DNA of 64,000 bases from Candidatus Zixiibacteriota bacterium (GTDB taxonomy: Bacteria; Zixibacteria; MSB-5A5; WJJR01; JAJRUJ01), in the NCBI GenBank assembly GCA_024277855.1, contig JAJRUJ010000060.1:5948-69947 (forward strand). The letters run 5' to 3'. Of this stretch, positions 10,007-20,105 are shown piece by piece (the first letter of the stretch is position 1; every line of letters begins with the position of its first letter). Position numbers and translations under genes: made by a program. The notes under the pieces were generated by a model that was given only the letters and a program-made list of their open reading frames with translations, did not search any database and was not told the origin of the DNA.

Positions 10007-11062
10007 ATGAACATACCGTTCCGTCGCCGTACCAAGTCTGTAGCGGGATTGGATATCGGCGCATCATCGATCAAATTTATTCGCTTGGAAGACCGTCCCG
10101 ACGGATATGCATTGACCGCCGCGGGTACGCGTGAACTTCCCGCCGAGGCCCTCGTCGCCGAGGAAATCAAGGACCGTGAATCGATCATTCTGAGTATCCA
10201 GAGTTTGATCGACGCCTGCGATCCGAAAACCCGAGAGGTTGTTGTCTCGGTCGCGGGTCACGGTGTCATCACCGACAAATTTGAAATCGACAAGAAAAAC
10301 GGAGCCGAAGCCGAGCAGGCCATCCTTTTCGAGGCAGAGCAGCGCAGCCCCTTTGATGTCGACGACGTTTCAATGGCCTATCATGTTCTCTCGACCGACG
10401 AGGAACGGGGAAAGATGGAAGTGCTGTTGGTGGCTGCGCGGCGGGAATACCTTTCGGAATTCCTCAACCTGGTCACCGATGCCGGCCTCGAACCGGTCGT
10501 GGTCGACACCGATTCGTTCGCCGTCTATAATGCTTACGAAGCGAATTATGAGGCCGACCCGGATCGCACTACCGCGCTGGTCAATATCGGTTTCGATACG
10601 ACCAACGCAATTTTTCTCAAAGACGGGATCTATCATTCGACCCGGGATATCTCCTCGGGATGCCGGGCGATTTTTGACACGATTCAACGTGAGTTCCGCC
10701 TGAACCGCGAATTGACCGAAAATGTCCTCCGTGGCGAATTGGAATCGACCGTCGACCATGATATGCTCAAGAGCACGATCCTGGCGGCGGCCGAGGAGCT
10801 GTTGACCGGGCTGGAAGTCGCATTTTCTTATTTTAAATCGCTGGCCAAAATCGACAACGTCGATTGGGTTGTGCTTTCCGGCGGCGGTGCCCTGGTGCCG
10901 TTTTTCCCCGAGTGTATCCAGTCGCGACTGGGTATCCCGGTTGAGATATTTAATCCGTTACGCAACATAGAATATGACCCGGAACAATTCGGTGGCTTGG
11001 ACCCCGAAAAAATTGCGCCGCTTCTGGCCGTACCGGTCGGGCTGGCCGTTCGCAAGGGATAG
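10007..11062 (+). CDS. pilM: Type IV pilus assembly protein PilM (actin-like ATPase fold)
   Basis: VAGLDIGASSIKFIRLE N-terminus, conserved PilM architecture, and pilN directly downstream (6 nt gap). Confidence 0.9.
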   Translation: MNIPFRRRTKSVAGLDIGASSIKFIRLEDRPDGYALTAAGTRELPAEALVAEEIKDRESIILSIQSLIDACDPKTREVVVSVAGHGVITDKFEIDKKNGAEAEQAILFEAEQRSPFDVDDVSMAYHVLSTDEERGKMEVLLVAARREYLSEFLNLVTDAGLEPVVVDTDSFAVYNAYEANYEADPDRTTALVNIGFDTTNAIFLKDGIYHSTRDISSGCRAIFDTIQREFRLNRELTENVLRGELESTVDHDMLKSTILAAAEELLTGLEVAFSYFKSLAKIDNVDWVVLSGGGALVPFFPECIQSRLGIPVEIFNPLRNIEYDPEQFGGLDPEKIAPLLAVPVGLAVRKG

Positions 11063-11067
11063 GTTTC

Positions 11068-11685
11068 ATGATACAGATTAACCTACTTCCCAGGGAGATG
11101 CGCAGGGCGCGCGGATTGGCCTTGCCGAAATCGGCGCTGATCGGTGCCGGGGCGGGCGCCGCGGTCATTCTCCTTCTTGCTGGGATAACACTGTTTCAGG
11201 TTTACCGCCTGAGTGAAATGGATACGCGCATCACCGAGGTCCAGCGGCAGGCGGACAAAATGCGTGATGATATCATCATGGTCGATCGACTGGTCGATGT
11301 GAAGTCGAAGGTGTTGGCGCGGCTCGCGGCTATCGATAAACTCGACCGCGGCCGGGAACGCTGGGTGAATATCATCAATGAATTTTCAAACCGGGTGCCG
11401 GAATTCCTTTGGATGACCGCGTTCAAACCGGTCGTATCTCCCGGCAAGAATGTCAAAGGCGGCGTACGCATGCCCAACGCTGTTGCCGCGGCCGATTCGA
11501 CCGGCTCGGCCGAAGAGCGCCTCAACATCGAGGGCTATTCCTTTACCCTCCATGGTTTGGCGAACTTCTTGGTCGAACTCAATAGTTCGGAATATTTCGA
11601 TGAACTCGAGCTCAATTATGCGAAGGTCGTCGAGATGGATCAGCAAAGAGTCTACAATTTCAGCCTCAATTGTCTGTTGGAGTAA
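11068..11685 (+). CDS. pilN: Type IV pilus assembly protein PilN
   Basis: MIQINLLPRE signature start, single TM, coiled-coil, position between pilM and pilO. Confidence 0.85.
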   Translation: MIQINLLPREMRRARGLALPKSALIGAGAGAAVILLLAGITLFQVYRLSEMDTRITEVQRQADKMRDDIIMVDRLVDVKSKVLARLAAIDKLDRGRERWVNIINEFSNRVPEFLWMTAFKPVVSPGKNVKGGVRMPNAVAAADSTGSAEERLNIEGYSFTLHGLANFLVELNSSEYFDELELNYAKVVEMDQQRVYNFSLNCLLE

Positions 11686-11823
11686 CCGCCGGCGACTAAA
11701 GAGGCAGACGACATAGAAAAGACGGTAAATGATCCTTTGGCCGATAACGATGCCCCCATGGCACCGGCGAGCGCGCTCGGACGATAAGTCCGGGTACGCC
11801 GGGGGATAACCGGGATAGCTCTG

Positions 11824-12417
11824 ATGGACTTTAAAGACCCAAAAACTCAAAAAATTCTGTTGGCGGCGATCGGCTTGTTTTTGGTCGTGTATTTCTGGCA
11901 CGCGAAAATATACGACTCCTATGAACAGAAAATCCAGACTCGCGCCCAGCAGTATGAATCCATCAAGATGGAACTGAAGAACGTGGAGATGAAGTTCCGG
12001 ACGCTGGCTTCATTGAAAGAAGAATACCGGGCACTGACCCGGCGATATCGCACCGTGGAACGGCTGTTGCCGGAGGCGCAGAGTGTGCCCGATTTCCTGA
12101 CGCAAATCCATGCGGCGGCGATGAAGTCTAACTCGCAAGTCTGGGAGGTCAATCCACTCGGGGTCTCGCCTGAAGAGTTCTACAACCAGGATTCCTATAA
12201 CATCGTGATGAACACAACCTATCACGATTTGGGGCGGTTTTTGGCCGACGTGGCCAATTTCCCCTTTATCGTCAATGTTTCCGACCTCGATATGCAGGAA
12301 TATGTAAACAACCGTCCCGACATGGACGGTCAGGATGAATATACTCTAACTGCGACATTTAACCTGACGACTTATTTCGTTCAGGAATCGGAAAAACTCG
12401 TCTTGTTCGACATGTAA
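11824..12417 (+). CDS. pilO: Type IV pilus assembly protein PilO
   Basis: N-terminal TM, coiled-coil, C-terminal YHDLGRFLADVANFPFIVNVSDLDM typical of PilO. Confidence 0.8.
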   Translation: MDFKDPKTQKILLAAIGLFLVVYFWHAKIYDSYEQKIQTRAQQYESIKMELKNVEMKFRTLASLKEEYRALTRRYRTVERLLPEAQSVPDFLTQIHAAAMKSNSQVWEVNPLGVSPEEFYNQDSYNIVMNTTYHDLGRFLADVANFPFIVNVSDLDMQEYVNNRPDMDGQDEYTLTATFNLTTYFVQESEKLVLFDM

Positions 12418-12455
12418 CTGCGTCCGGGCAAGTGGCTGACTGAGGACAGACTCAT

Positions 12456-14264
12456 ATGCTGTACAAACGGATGATAACCAGTTGGATGATCCTGACGTTG
12501 GTGCTCGCCGCCGGTGGAATACAACCGGCGGCCGCCGATACCATCGTCAAAGAGTTGTCGCTGGCCCGTAATGGCATCTTCACGGAGTTGACGATTTACA
12601 CGCCGGGACGGGTTCTGTGCAACCAGTTGACGGTGGCGCCGAAAAACGGCAAGCCGTTTCGGGTGGTGGTGGACCTCTGCGGAGCGATCCATGGCCTGGG
12701 GCGGTCGAACTTTGCCGACATTCCACCGGGAGTGATTACGGGTATCCGCACCAGCCAGTATGCGACCACGCCGCAGAATGTGGTTCGGGTGGTGCTGGAT
12801 CTCAACCGTGAGACAACCTATAAAGTAACGACCGATGACAATTGGGTCCGGGTATCGCTGGTCGATCCCGACGGACCGCTTTTCCCGCAATGGTCGTGGC
12901 GCGCTCCGGCGAACTCGCCGGTGTTGGCTGTTGTCGACAAACCAACTCCCCCCGCTCAAAAGCCGGTGCCCGAGCCGAATTGGGCCGCCGAACAAAACGA
13001 CGACTTTGCATCGGTTGCCGGCCAAGCGGCAGACAACAACCGGCGATTGGAATCGTCGCCGGCGCCGTGGGAAGACAATACTCCTCTGACCGTGTTGCCG
13101 CCGCAAGTTTCACCACCGGCGAATCAGCCGTTAGAACAGCCCACGGCGACCTACGCCGAGGCCCGGCCCGTCGAACCCGCTGCGCCCAAACCGCAGAAAA
13201 CCATGTCGCCGGAACCGGTGGCTGTACCCCGACCGGCGGCAGACGAAGCTGCTGAAGAGCCCGGCGCGAATTGGCAGGATTGGGATTGGGCCGTCGATGC
13301 CGTACCGACGATCGAATGGGTTCCGGCGACACCGCAGTATGATTTGCCCGCCGGTCCGACCTGGGTCGAGGAAAAGCCAAACCCGGTGAATACAGCGGTC
13401 GAACAACCCTCGACAGTTGATCTGAATACGCAGATGGTTGCCGCGGAATCCCCCGGATACGTGTCAAATGAAGACGCGAATGCCGGGGCGATTGTCAGCA
13501 ATGAAACTGCGCCGGTCGAAACGCCTGCCACCTTGCCGCAGGCCGACAAGTGGGTAAAGACGCCCGCAGTCGAAAAACAGGTGGAGGAAGATGTTCCGTT
13601 GCTGGTGAAGTTGCGACAGAAATTCGTCGGCCTTTCCGAAGACGAGACTGTGACTCTTGACCCGACAGCCGAGTCGCTGGCGACCGCGCAAATGCAGGAA
13701 ATTTCCGAAGCCGCTATTGAATTCTCTGAAGTGGATGATCAGGCGGCCGGGCGGCAGTTCGATCCGTCCGAGTTGGAAAGCAAAATTGCTACAGTCGATC
13801 CGTCGGCCCTTGCCACGGGCACGGCCTATGCCAATGCCAATGAGCAAACCAATAAGGGGCCGGCAGTGCATCAACCCGGAAAAGGCAACAAGGTGAGTGC
13901 CGATGCCGCCCGGGCGGAGGTGGTCTATGATCGCAACGGCCGTCGCGATCCATTCCGCGGACTGGTCGAAGGTCAGCGCTCGGGTCTGCTGACGGCAACA
14001 TTACCGCGTGTCGACGCTTTACGTCTGGTCGGTGTCCTGCGGGACTATGATGGCGCAATCGCGCTGTTTGAAGATATGGAAGGGTATGGTTACATCCTGC
14101 GTGAAGGCGATCCGGTACGCAACGGCTATCTCAAAACTGTCGGCGAAGAACGGGTAGTCTTCCAGGTTGATGAATATGGCTGGGTCCATACCGTCGTGCT
14201 GGGATTACGCCACGAGGGCGACGTCCAGGGGTACGATTATGCGACCGATAACGATGAGCAGTAA
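12456..14264 (+). CDS. pilP: PilP-family protein with N-terminal AMIN domain and ~300-aa Pro/Ala/Glu-rich linker (AMIN-PilP fusion)
   Basis: Signal peptide. AMIN-like block (FRVVVDLCGA ... VVRVVLDLNRETTYKV ... WVRVSLVD). Long low-complexity P/E/A-rich segment. C-terminal PilP motif RRDPFRGL...LRLVGVL...AIALFEDMEGYGYILREGDPVRNGYLKTVGEERVVFQV. Confidence 0.8.
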   Translation: MLYKRMITSWMILTLVLAAGGIQPAAADTIVKELSLARNGIFTELTIYTPGRVLCNQLTVAPKNGKPFRVVVDLCGAIHGLGRSNFADIPPGVITGIRTSQYATTPQNVVRVVLDLNRETTYKVTTDDNWVRVSLVDPDGPLFPQWSWRAPANSPVLAVVDKPTPPAQKPVPEPNWAAEQNDDFASVAGQAADNNRRLESSPAPWEDNTPLTVLPPQVSPPANQPLEQPTATYAEARPVEPAAPKPQKTMSPEPVAVPRPAADEAAEEPGANWQDWDWAVDAVPTIEWVPATPQYDLPAGPTWVEEKPNPVNTAVEQPSTVDLNTQMVAAESPGYVSNEDANAGAIVSNETAPVETPATLPQADKWVKTPAVEKQVEEDVPLLVKLRQKFVGLSEDETVTLDPTAESLATAQMQEISEAAIEFSEVDDQAAGRQFDPSELESKIATVDPSALATGTAYANANEQTNKGPAVHQPGKGNKVSADAARAEVVYDRNGRRDPFRGLVEGQRSGLLTATLPRVDALRLVGVLRDYDGAIALFEDMEGYGYILREGDPVRNGYLKTVGEERVVFQVDEYGWVHTVVLGLRHEGDVQGYDYATDNDEQ

Positions 14265-14280
14265 AGGGCAGGGAGATACG

Positions 14281-15579
14281 ATGATCACCTCTCAAGCAGT
14301 ACGCAGAGCGGCGATGGCGCTGCTGATGTGTTCTCTGGTCGCTTTTTCCATCGCCCCAGGCGCGGCACAGACGAGCAAACCAATTAAGTCCGTCAACTTC
14401 CAGAATGCGGATATCCGCTCGGTTGTCAATTTCCTCGCGGAGTATTCCGGGCAAAACATAGTGGCCGGACCGGCGGTCGAGGGCGATGTAACCCTCAATC
14501 TCCACGACGTCACCTGGGAGCAGGCACTGGACATTTTGACAAAGACTTACGAACTTAAGGCGGTTCGGGAAAACGGATATATCCGGATTCTGCCGTTGTT
14601 GGACTACCAAAAAGAAGAGAACGCACGCGAGCAACACGATTCGAATAACCGGCGTCTGGTCCGGTTGGAAACCCGGATAATCGAAATCAATAACGCGTCG
14701 GCGGGCGACCTGATCACTCCGGTCAAAACAATTCTCACCGACCGGGGCAAGGTCAACATCGACAAACGGACCAACTCGTTGATCATAACCGACGAACCGG
14801 TTACCGTCGATCGTATTGAGACCTTTGTCGGCGGTTTGGATCGCGAAACACGGCAAATCCGCATCTCGGCAAAATTACTTGAGGTCTCCTCAGACTACCT
14901 TGAGGAATTCGGGTTTGATTGGTTTATGGATGGCGAAGGCACCGGCGGCGACAACAATGAACTAAGCTACCAGAATAACGCCAAGGTGGTCGGCGCCGAC
15001 GGTCGGGTGACTGACCCGTTTGGTCACTACTCCTTCTTCACTGCGCAACGCGGTTGGAACCTCGAAGCGGCAGTTGATGCGATTATCTCGGAGGGCAAGG
15101 GCAAGGTCGTGGCCCATCCGGAAATCACCACCGTGGACAACAAGGAAGCCCGGATCCAAATGGGTCAGCGGATTCCGATCAAGCAATGGGACGCCTCGGG
15201 TAACGTCATTATCTCCTTCACCGAGGTCGGTACGATTCTGCGCGTCACCCCGCATATCACATCGGCCAATCGCATCCTGATGAACCTCCGTCCGGAGCGT
15301 TCGACCTATGAATATGATCCGAACGGTGTTGTGATCTCGACGAACAATGCCGAGACCAACGTCGTCGTGCAAAACGGCCAGACTGCGGTCATTGGCGGGC
15401 TGACCACTCAGGACGAAACGATCACCGAATCGGGTGTGCCGCTGCTCAAGGACATCCCGCTTCTTGGTGAGTTGTTCAAATACAAACGCAAAAAACTGGA
15501 GTCGCGCGACCTGATTATTTTCGTGACCCCGTTGATCGTTGATGCGGAAATGATGGGTTCGGTTGAAACCAATCCGTAA
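14281..15579 (+). CDS. pilQ: Type IV pilus secretin PilQ, short form (N0 + secretin domain, no AMIN)
   Basis: Signal peptide AMALLMCSLVAFSIAPGAAQ. N0-like VNFQNADIRSVVNFLAEYSGQNIV. Secretin C-domain ending DLIIFVTPLIV. The listed ORF begins at 14167, but the Met at 14281 follows the pilP stop. Confidence 0.85.
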   Translation: MITSQAVRRAAMALLMCSLVAFSIAPGAAQTSKPIKSVNFQNADIRSVVNFLAEYSGQNIVAGPAVEGDVTLNLHDVTWEQALDILTKTYELKAVRENGYIRILPLLDYQKEENAREQHDSNNRRLVRLETRIIEINNASAGDLITPVKTILTDRGKVNIDKRTNSLIITDEPVTVDRIETFVGGLDRETRQIRISAKLLEVSSDYLEEFGFDWFMDGEGTGGDNNELSYQNNAKVVGADGRVTDPFGHYSFFTAQRGWNLEAAVDAIISEGKGKVVAHPEITTVDNKEARIQMGQRIPIKQWDASGNVIISFTEVGTILRVTPHITSANRILMNLRPERSTYEYDPNGVVISTNNAETNVVVQNGQTAVIGGLTTQDETITESGVPLLKDIPLLGELFKYKRKKLESRDLIIFVTPLIVDAEMMGSVETNP

Positions 15580-15594
15580 AGTTGGAGACGCACC

Positions 15595-18117
15595 ATGCAG
15601 CGTGTGTGGGAGCGTAAAGGAGAACCGATGAGTAAGCGAGTCATACACAAACGACATACGGCGTGGGTGGCTGTCTGCGGTTTGTTGATCGTCGTCCTGA
15701 CGCTGGGTTGTTCAGCGCCGAATAATGTCGATCAAACGGCCGTAATCGCCGCATTCTCGGTTACCCCGTCCACGTTGGAGGAGGGCAGCACCGCCATCGT
15801 CGAAATCCTCATTACGGATTCGCAGGGCCGACCGCGTGAAGGTGTGACCGTCACTTTGGCGGTCGAACCGGCCAACTACGGCACGCTGGCTTCCGCCACG
15901 ATCACCACCGGCGCCGACGGGATTGCCGCCACGACCTATACTGCGTCCGAGGCCGGATTAGTTACTTTTGAAATCAGCGCGGATAATGCCGAAACCCAAT
16001 GGGCAAGTATTACCGTTGAATCGGCTTCCTCCGCGGCGGGCAGCATCACGATTTCAGTGACTCCGGGGGTCATGGCGGCAGGCTCCGCCTCGCAGGCCGC
16101 GGTTGGCGTCAATATCTACGATGCCAACGGTTGGTCGGTCTACGACAGCACCCTGGTGCGTTTCGTCGCCGGTGAGAAATTTAACGACGTCGATCAGAAT
16201 GGTTTCTGGACGGCCGGTGTCGATGAGTTGATCTATGACGTTGACGAAGACGGTGAATGGGACGCTGTCGGTGAAATAGATCCCGAGGTATGGTCGGTCA
16301 GTGGTAATGCCACGGCCTATTATACTGCCGGCAACAACTCGACCACAGTCTATATTAAGGCCACGGCTTTCCTGGCTGCCGGTATTGCCCAAAGTGACGC
16401 GTCACTGGCCTTGTCGGCCGGTACCGGCTGTTTATTGCTCGAGCTGGAGTCACCACGGTTGCATGCCGACGGCGCCGAACAGACGCAAATCACTATTTAT
16501 GCCTGTGACAGCGACGGCGGACCTGCTCCGGATAACACCGAGGTGCGTCTGGTGGCCGGTGAACGCTTCCTCGACGTAAACAAAGACGGCGAATACAGTA
16601 TTTGCTGCGACGAGTTGCAGGCAGACAATAACGGCAATAGCAATTGGGACGCCAATGGCGTCATCGATGAGGTTGTCTATACTGTCGGCGGTGTTGCCAC
16701 GGCGACTTATACCGCCGGGACAAACACCGGCGAAGTATATATCCTTGGCAGCATCGGTACCGGCGACGGCCTGATCCAGTCCGATGCCGTGCTGACCCTG
16801 TTGCCGGCCGATTCGGTGGCTTCGATCAACCTGGCCCCCGATGCGCCGCGGACACAGGTCCGGGGCACCGGCGGTATTGAATGGACCCGTATTGTTGCGA
16901 CGGCCTACGATGCCTTTGGCAATCGGGCGGCGCAGGACCTCCCAATTGACTTCTCGATTTCGCAGGGGCCGGGTGGCGGCGAAAACCTGAATGGCGACCC
17001 CGAGGGGCCGGTTACCATCCTTACCGACGAGAATGGCCAGGCGACGGTGACGTTCAATGCCGGCACGCTTTCCGGTACGGCGCAGATTCGCGCTATCGCG
17101 GGTAATGTGGTCTCGGCGGCCACCCAAGTTGTCATCACTTCCGGACCGCCGGCATATGTCACGGTCGGCGCCGGGGATTGCAACGTCCCATCCTGGGAAG
17201 AGGTCAACTACCGCAACGATATCGTTGCCGTGGTCAACGACGAATGGGGCAATGAAGTCGCCGATTCGACCGCGGTGTATTTCTGGACCGAACAGGGGAC
17301 CATCGAGGGATTCGACGGGACTCACATTGCTTTCACCGAACGCGGTGTCGCCAAATCGGTCTGGAAATCATCCAAACCCAAAGATGACGGGTATGTCTAT
17401 TACTGGGCGGAAACCGACGGTGGAACTGTTGCCGATACGTCAGTCTTCCTCGAATCCGGTCTGCCGGGCACGACAACGATCGTGGAGTACCCGACCGAAT
17501 TGTTGGCCGACGGCAAAGATAAGGGTGATGTCGTCGTGACTGTGTATGACATCAACAATGTCTTCATGGACACCGATTACCCGATCAAGTTGAAATCCAC
17601 CTACGGTAACATCTCTTCCGGTGCGCTGGGCGATGGTTGTCACAGCAGTTACTTCGATACTGAATTGCGCAGCCAGACGTTTGACCAGGACTATTCTTAC
17701 ACTGTCCCTGATGATGGCATCATTGGCAACTCTTTGTTGGAGGCGATTGCCGGCGGGTATTTTGGCGCCTACGATTCGAAGATCGTCGTGTTCAAATCGT
17801 CATCGGCTTATTACGACAACTGTAATATCGATGTCGAGACGACAATTCCGCATGGAATTTCAGTGCCGGTGAAAGTGATTATTAAAGACCGCTACAATAA
17901 CCCGCTGGGCGGGCATAAGATCACTATTGCTTCGCAAAACGGTATTGTGGCCGATTCGGTGCAGTACACCGATGCGTGGGGTGTGGCCTCGGGCTTCACC
18001 TACACCGCGACGACTAATTTCGGCATCGCGCTGGACTTCCTGACTGCACGCGACGATGATCCCGGCTACGGTGGTATCATCATCACGCAGAAGATCAGCG
18101 TCAAAGAAGAAGAATAA
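15595..18117 (+). CDS. Lipoprotein with bacterial Ig-like (Big) domains and duplicated Asp-rich Ca-binding-like motifs
   Basis: Lipobox LTLGCS. Big-like blocks (TITTGADGIAATTYTASEAGLVTFEI; GQATVTFNAGTLSGTAQIRA). An internal duplication: RFVAGEKFNDVDQNGFW..DVDEDGEWDAVGEIDPEVW versus RLVAGERFLDVNKDGEY..DNNGNSNWDANGVIDEVVY. Confidence 0.6.
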   Translation: MQRVWERKGEPMSKRVIHKRHTAWVAVCGLLIVVLTLGCSAPNNVDQTAVIAAFSVTPSTLEEGSTAIVEILITDSQGRPREGVTVTLAVEPANYGTLASATITTGADGIAATTYTASEAGLVTFEISADNAETQWASITVESASSAAGSITISVTPGVMAAGSASQAAVGVNIYDANGWSVYDSTLVRFVAGEKFNDVDQNGFWTAGVDELIYDVDEDGEWDAVGEIDPEVWSVSGNATAYYTAGNNSTTVYIKATAFLAAGIAQSDASLALSAGTGCLLLELESPRLHADGAEQTQITIYACDSDGGPAPDNTEVRLVAGERFLDVNKDGEYSICCDELQADNNGNSNWDANGVIDEVVYTVGGVATATYTAGTNTGEVYILGSIGTGDGLIQSDAVLTLLPADSVASINLAPDAPRTQVRGTGGIEWTRIVATAYDAFGNRAAQDLPIDFSISQGPGGGENLNGDPEGPVTILTDENGQATVTFNAGTLSGTAQIRAIAGNVVSAATQVVITSGPPAYVTVGAGDCNVPSWEEVNYRNDIVAVVNDEWGNEVADSTAVYFWTEQGTIEGFDGTHIAFTERGVAKSVWKSSKPKDDGYVYYWAETDGGTVADTSVFLESGLPGTTTIVEYPTELLADGKDKGDVVVTVYDINNVFMDTDYPIKLKSTYGNISSGALGDGCHSSYFDTELRSQTFDQDYSYTVPDDGIIGNSLLEAIAGGYFGAYDSKIVVFKSSSAYYDNCNIDVETTIPHGISVPVKVIIKDRYNNPLGGHKITIASQNGIVADSVQYTDAWGVASGFTYTATTNFGIALDFLTARDDDPGYGGIIITQKISVKEEE

Positions 18118-18143
18118 CCTTCACGCGCTATAGCTTTACTGAA

Positions 18144-18171
18144 CCGGGTGACAATCGTCACCCGGTTTTTT
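18144..18171 (+). terminator. Rho-independent terminator
   Basis: Perfect 9-bp stem CCGGGTGAC-AATC-GTCACCCGG followed by TTTTTTG. Confidence 0.7.
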
Positions 18172-18182
18172 GTGTGGGTGTC

Positions 18183-20105
18183 TTAGAAACTTTTTCGTTT
18201 GAACCTGCGCCTAAGCGCCAGCAAAAAGAAGGTAACACAAATGACCGCCAGGATTGTCTCAAATGCAATTACGAGCAATTGCCAGCTTCCAGCTGGATAG
18301 ACACTTGTCGAGGTGCGAGTTACGAATGAGAGATTGGCGCGGAACATTTCCCAGTAGTCTGCCTTGAACAACACGATATCTGATATTCTCCAACTCCATT
18401 CATACCCTGGAATCGTCTGAACTTCTGCTCCAAGGGCAGCGTCCAGCGGGAATATCATTAGCAAAAATGGTGAAATCAGTAAAATTAGGAACAACCATAT
18501 CATCGGGAGGGATACACTTTGGCCATAAAAAGATGCGAGTTTATATGCAAAATCGAACGAAAAATACTGACGGAACTTACCTGCCGCCTTTCTGATCATC
18601 TCACGCTCACCGACAAAGAAATCGCCCGCTGTTCTATAGTCGCCGCTCCTCACATAATTTAACTGCAAATCGCGGTAGAGGTGAGCTGCCGGCTCATGTA
18701 AATCGGGGTCAGTCTCGTCGATGATCTTTGCCCTTTTGAATTCAATCGGTTTGGTATACCAACGAGAGCGGAATGGTGAAACTTTATCATTCCATGTCAC
18801 ACGATAAAAGCGAATTTTGCTGACATCTGTTTCGCGGAAACTGACATTTGATAAATCTGAATTGGCTATGGATACTTGCGAAGGGTCACCAAATACAATA
18901 TTTTGAAACAGGCCGATTCTATCAAATTGTAATTCACCAAATTTAGCCCAGCCTCTAATATGTGCTTTTCGTAAACTTACCTCGTGGGGAAACTTTATTC
19001 CCCAGACCTCAATGAGATTCTCTACAATAATATAATCGAGACTAAAGTTGCCCCCAGGGGCAAGCTCCAAGGCCTTGAAACGGACGGTGTCTCCAAAGGT
19101 GGATTGGCCAAAATCTGCGCTTTCCCAGATCAACGCTGAGTCAAATGTGACATCTTTAACAAAAGATGCCTCGTAGAATAAGGCATGTCCGAAGAATTGC
19201 GTGTCCTCAAATACAGTCTGTTCCTGGAATTTGACGTTTTTGAATTTTACATCGTTCCAGAAGATTGTTCTGCTGAAATTGCATCGTCCGACAAACTGTG
19301 TTCCAGTGAAGTTGCATTTACCATTAAAAATAGTGCCGTGATCTGCTCGCAAGCCAGTTCGCCAGTCGGAGTGTACCTGACGGAAGAAGGCATCCTTGAT
19401 ATGCCCAAAGTCGACGGATTTGTGGAACTTCGTATATGCGAAACTGATCTCATCTTCTGCCTGTACTCGTTCCAAGCGCGCTTTGAATTCAGTCAATCGA
19501 AAATCTACTTCTCCCTCGAATTCGGCACCGTGGAAGGTGACCCCATTCGCCAACATTGAATTTCTGAAATCAAGAATTTCTTTGAATTTAGTCCTGGTAA
19601 ATGCAGCCAAATTCCCAAAATCTGCATTATAAAAGGAGCATTTGTTGCCGAATGTCGCCTCGCCGAATAAAGCTCGCCCATCAAACGTGGTATCTGCGAA
19701 TACCGTAAGCCCCGAGAATGAACTCCCGACGAAGATCGCATCTTTGCAAAAATGAACTCGCGTGAAGTCTGCGTCACCGATAAATTTAGTCTTCTCGAAC
19801 GATGCTGTTCCACCGAAAGTTGTCTCTTGGAAGGTTATCGAAGTCATAAATTTCGCTCGATCAAGATATATGTCTCCCTCAACTGACCGGAGAGCATCGA
19901 ACGGTGATTTTGGAAATACGACTCCCGTTAAGTCGAGATAAGATTGTTTAGCGTTTTCGATGAGTGAATCAATCTCGCGTTCAAATCGTCTGATATCCTT
20001 TGCCGCAGAGTCATAATGCAATATGCACTTTGTGTGGTTTATCACCACTGGGCGTCTACAAGGATGCCCGCCGTGCATAGGTTCCTGACAAGTCGTCTGA
20101 TTCAT
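18183..20105 (-). CDS. Membrane-anchored pentapeptide-repeat protein with N-terminal Cys/His cluster, encoded on an AT-rich island
   Basis: N-terminus CQEPMHGGHPCRRP...HTKCILH. A long run of pentapeptide-like repeats (e.g. ASFEKTKFIGDADFTRVHFCKDAIFVGSSFSGLTVFADTTFDGRALFGEATFGN). C-terminal hydrophobic helices. Local GC is about 40% against about 60% in the flanks. Confidence 0.7.
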   Translation of the reverse strand: MNQTTCQEPMHGGHPCRRPVVINHTKCILHYDSAAKDIRRFEREIDSLIENAKQSYLDLTGVVFPKSPFDALRSVEGDIYLDRAKFMTSITFQETTFGGTASFEKTKFIGDADFTRVHFCKDAIFVGSSFSGLTVFADTTFDGRALFGEATFGNKCSFYNADFGNLAAFTRTKFKEILDFRNSMLANGVTFHGAEFEGEVDFRLTEFKARLERVQAEDEISFAYTKFHKSVDFGHIKDAFFRQVHSDWRTGLRADHGTIFNGKCNFTGTQFVGRCNFSRTIFWNDVKFKNVKFQEQTVFEDTQFFGHALFYEASFVKDVTFDSALIWESADFGQSTFGDTVRFKALELAPGGNFSLDYIIVENLIEVWGIKFPHEVSLRKAHIRGWAKFGELQFDRIGLFQNIVFGDPSQVSIANSDLSNVSFRETDVSKIRFYRVTWNDKVSPFRSRWYTKPIEFKRAKIIDETDPDLHEPAAHLYRDLQLNYVRSGDYRTAGDFFVGEREMIRKAAGKFRQYFSFDFAYKLASFYGQSVSLPMIWLFLILLISPFLLMIFPLDAALGAEVQTIPGYEWSWRISDIVLFKADYWEMFRANLSFVTRTSTSVYPAGSWQLLVIAFETILAVICVTFFLLALRRRFKRKSF

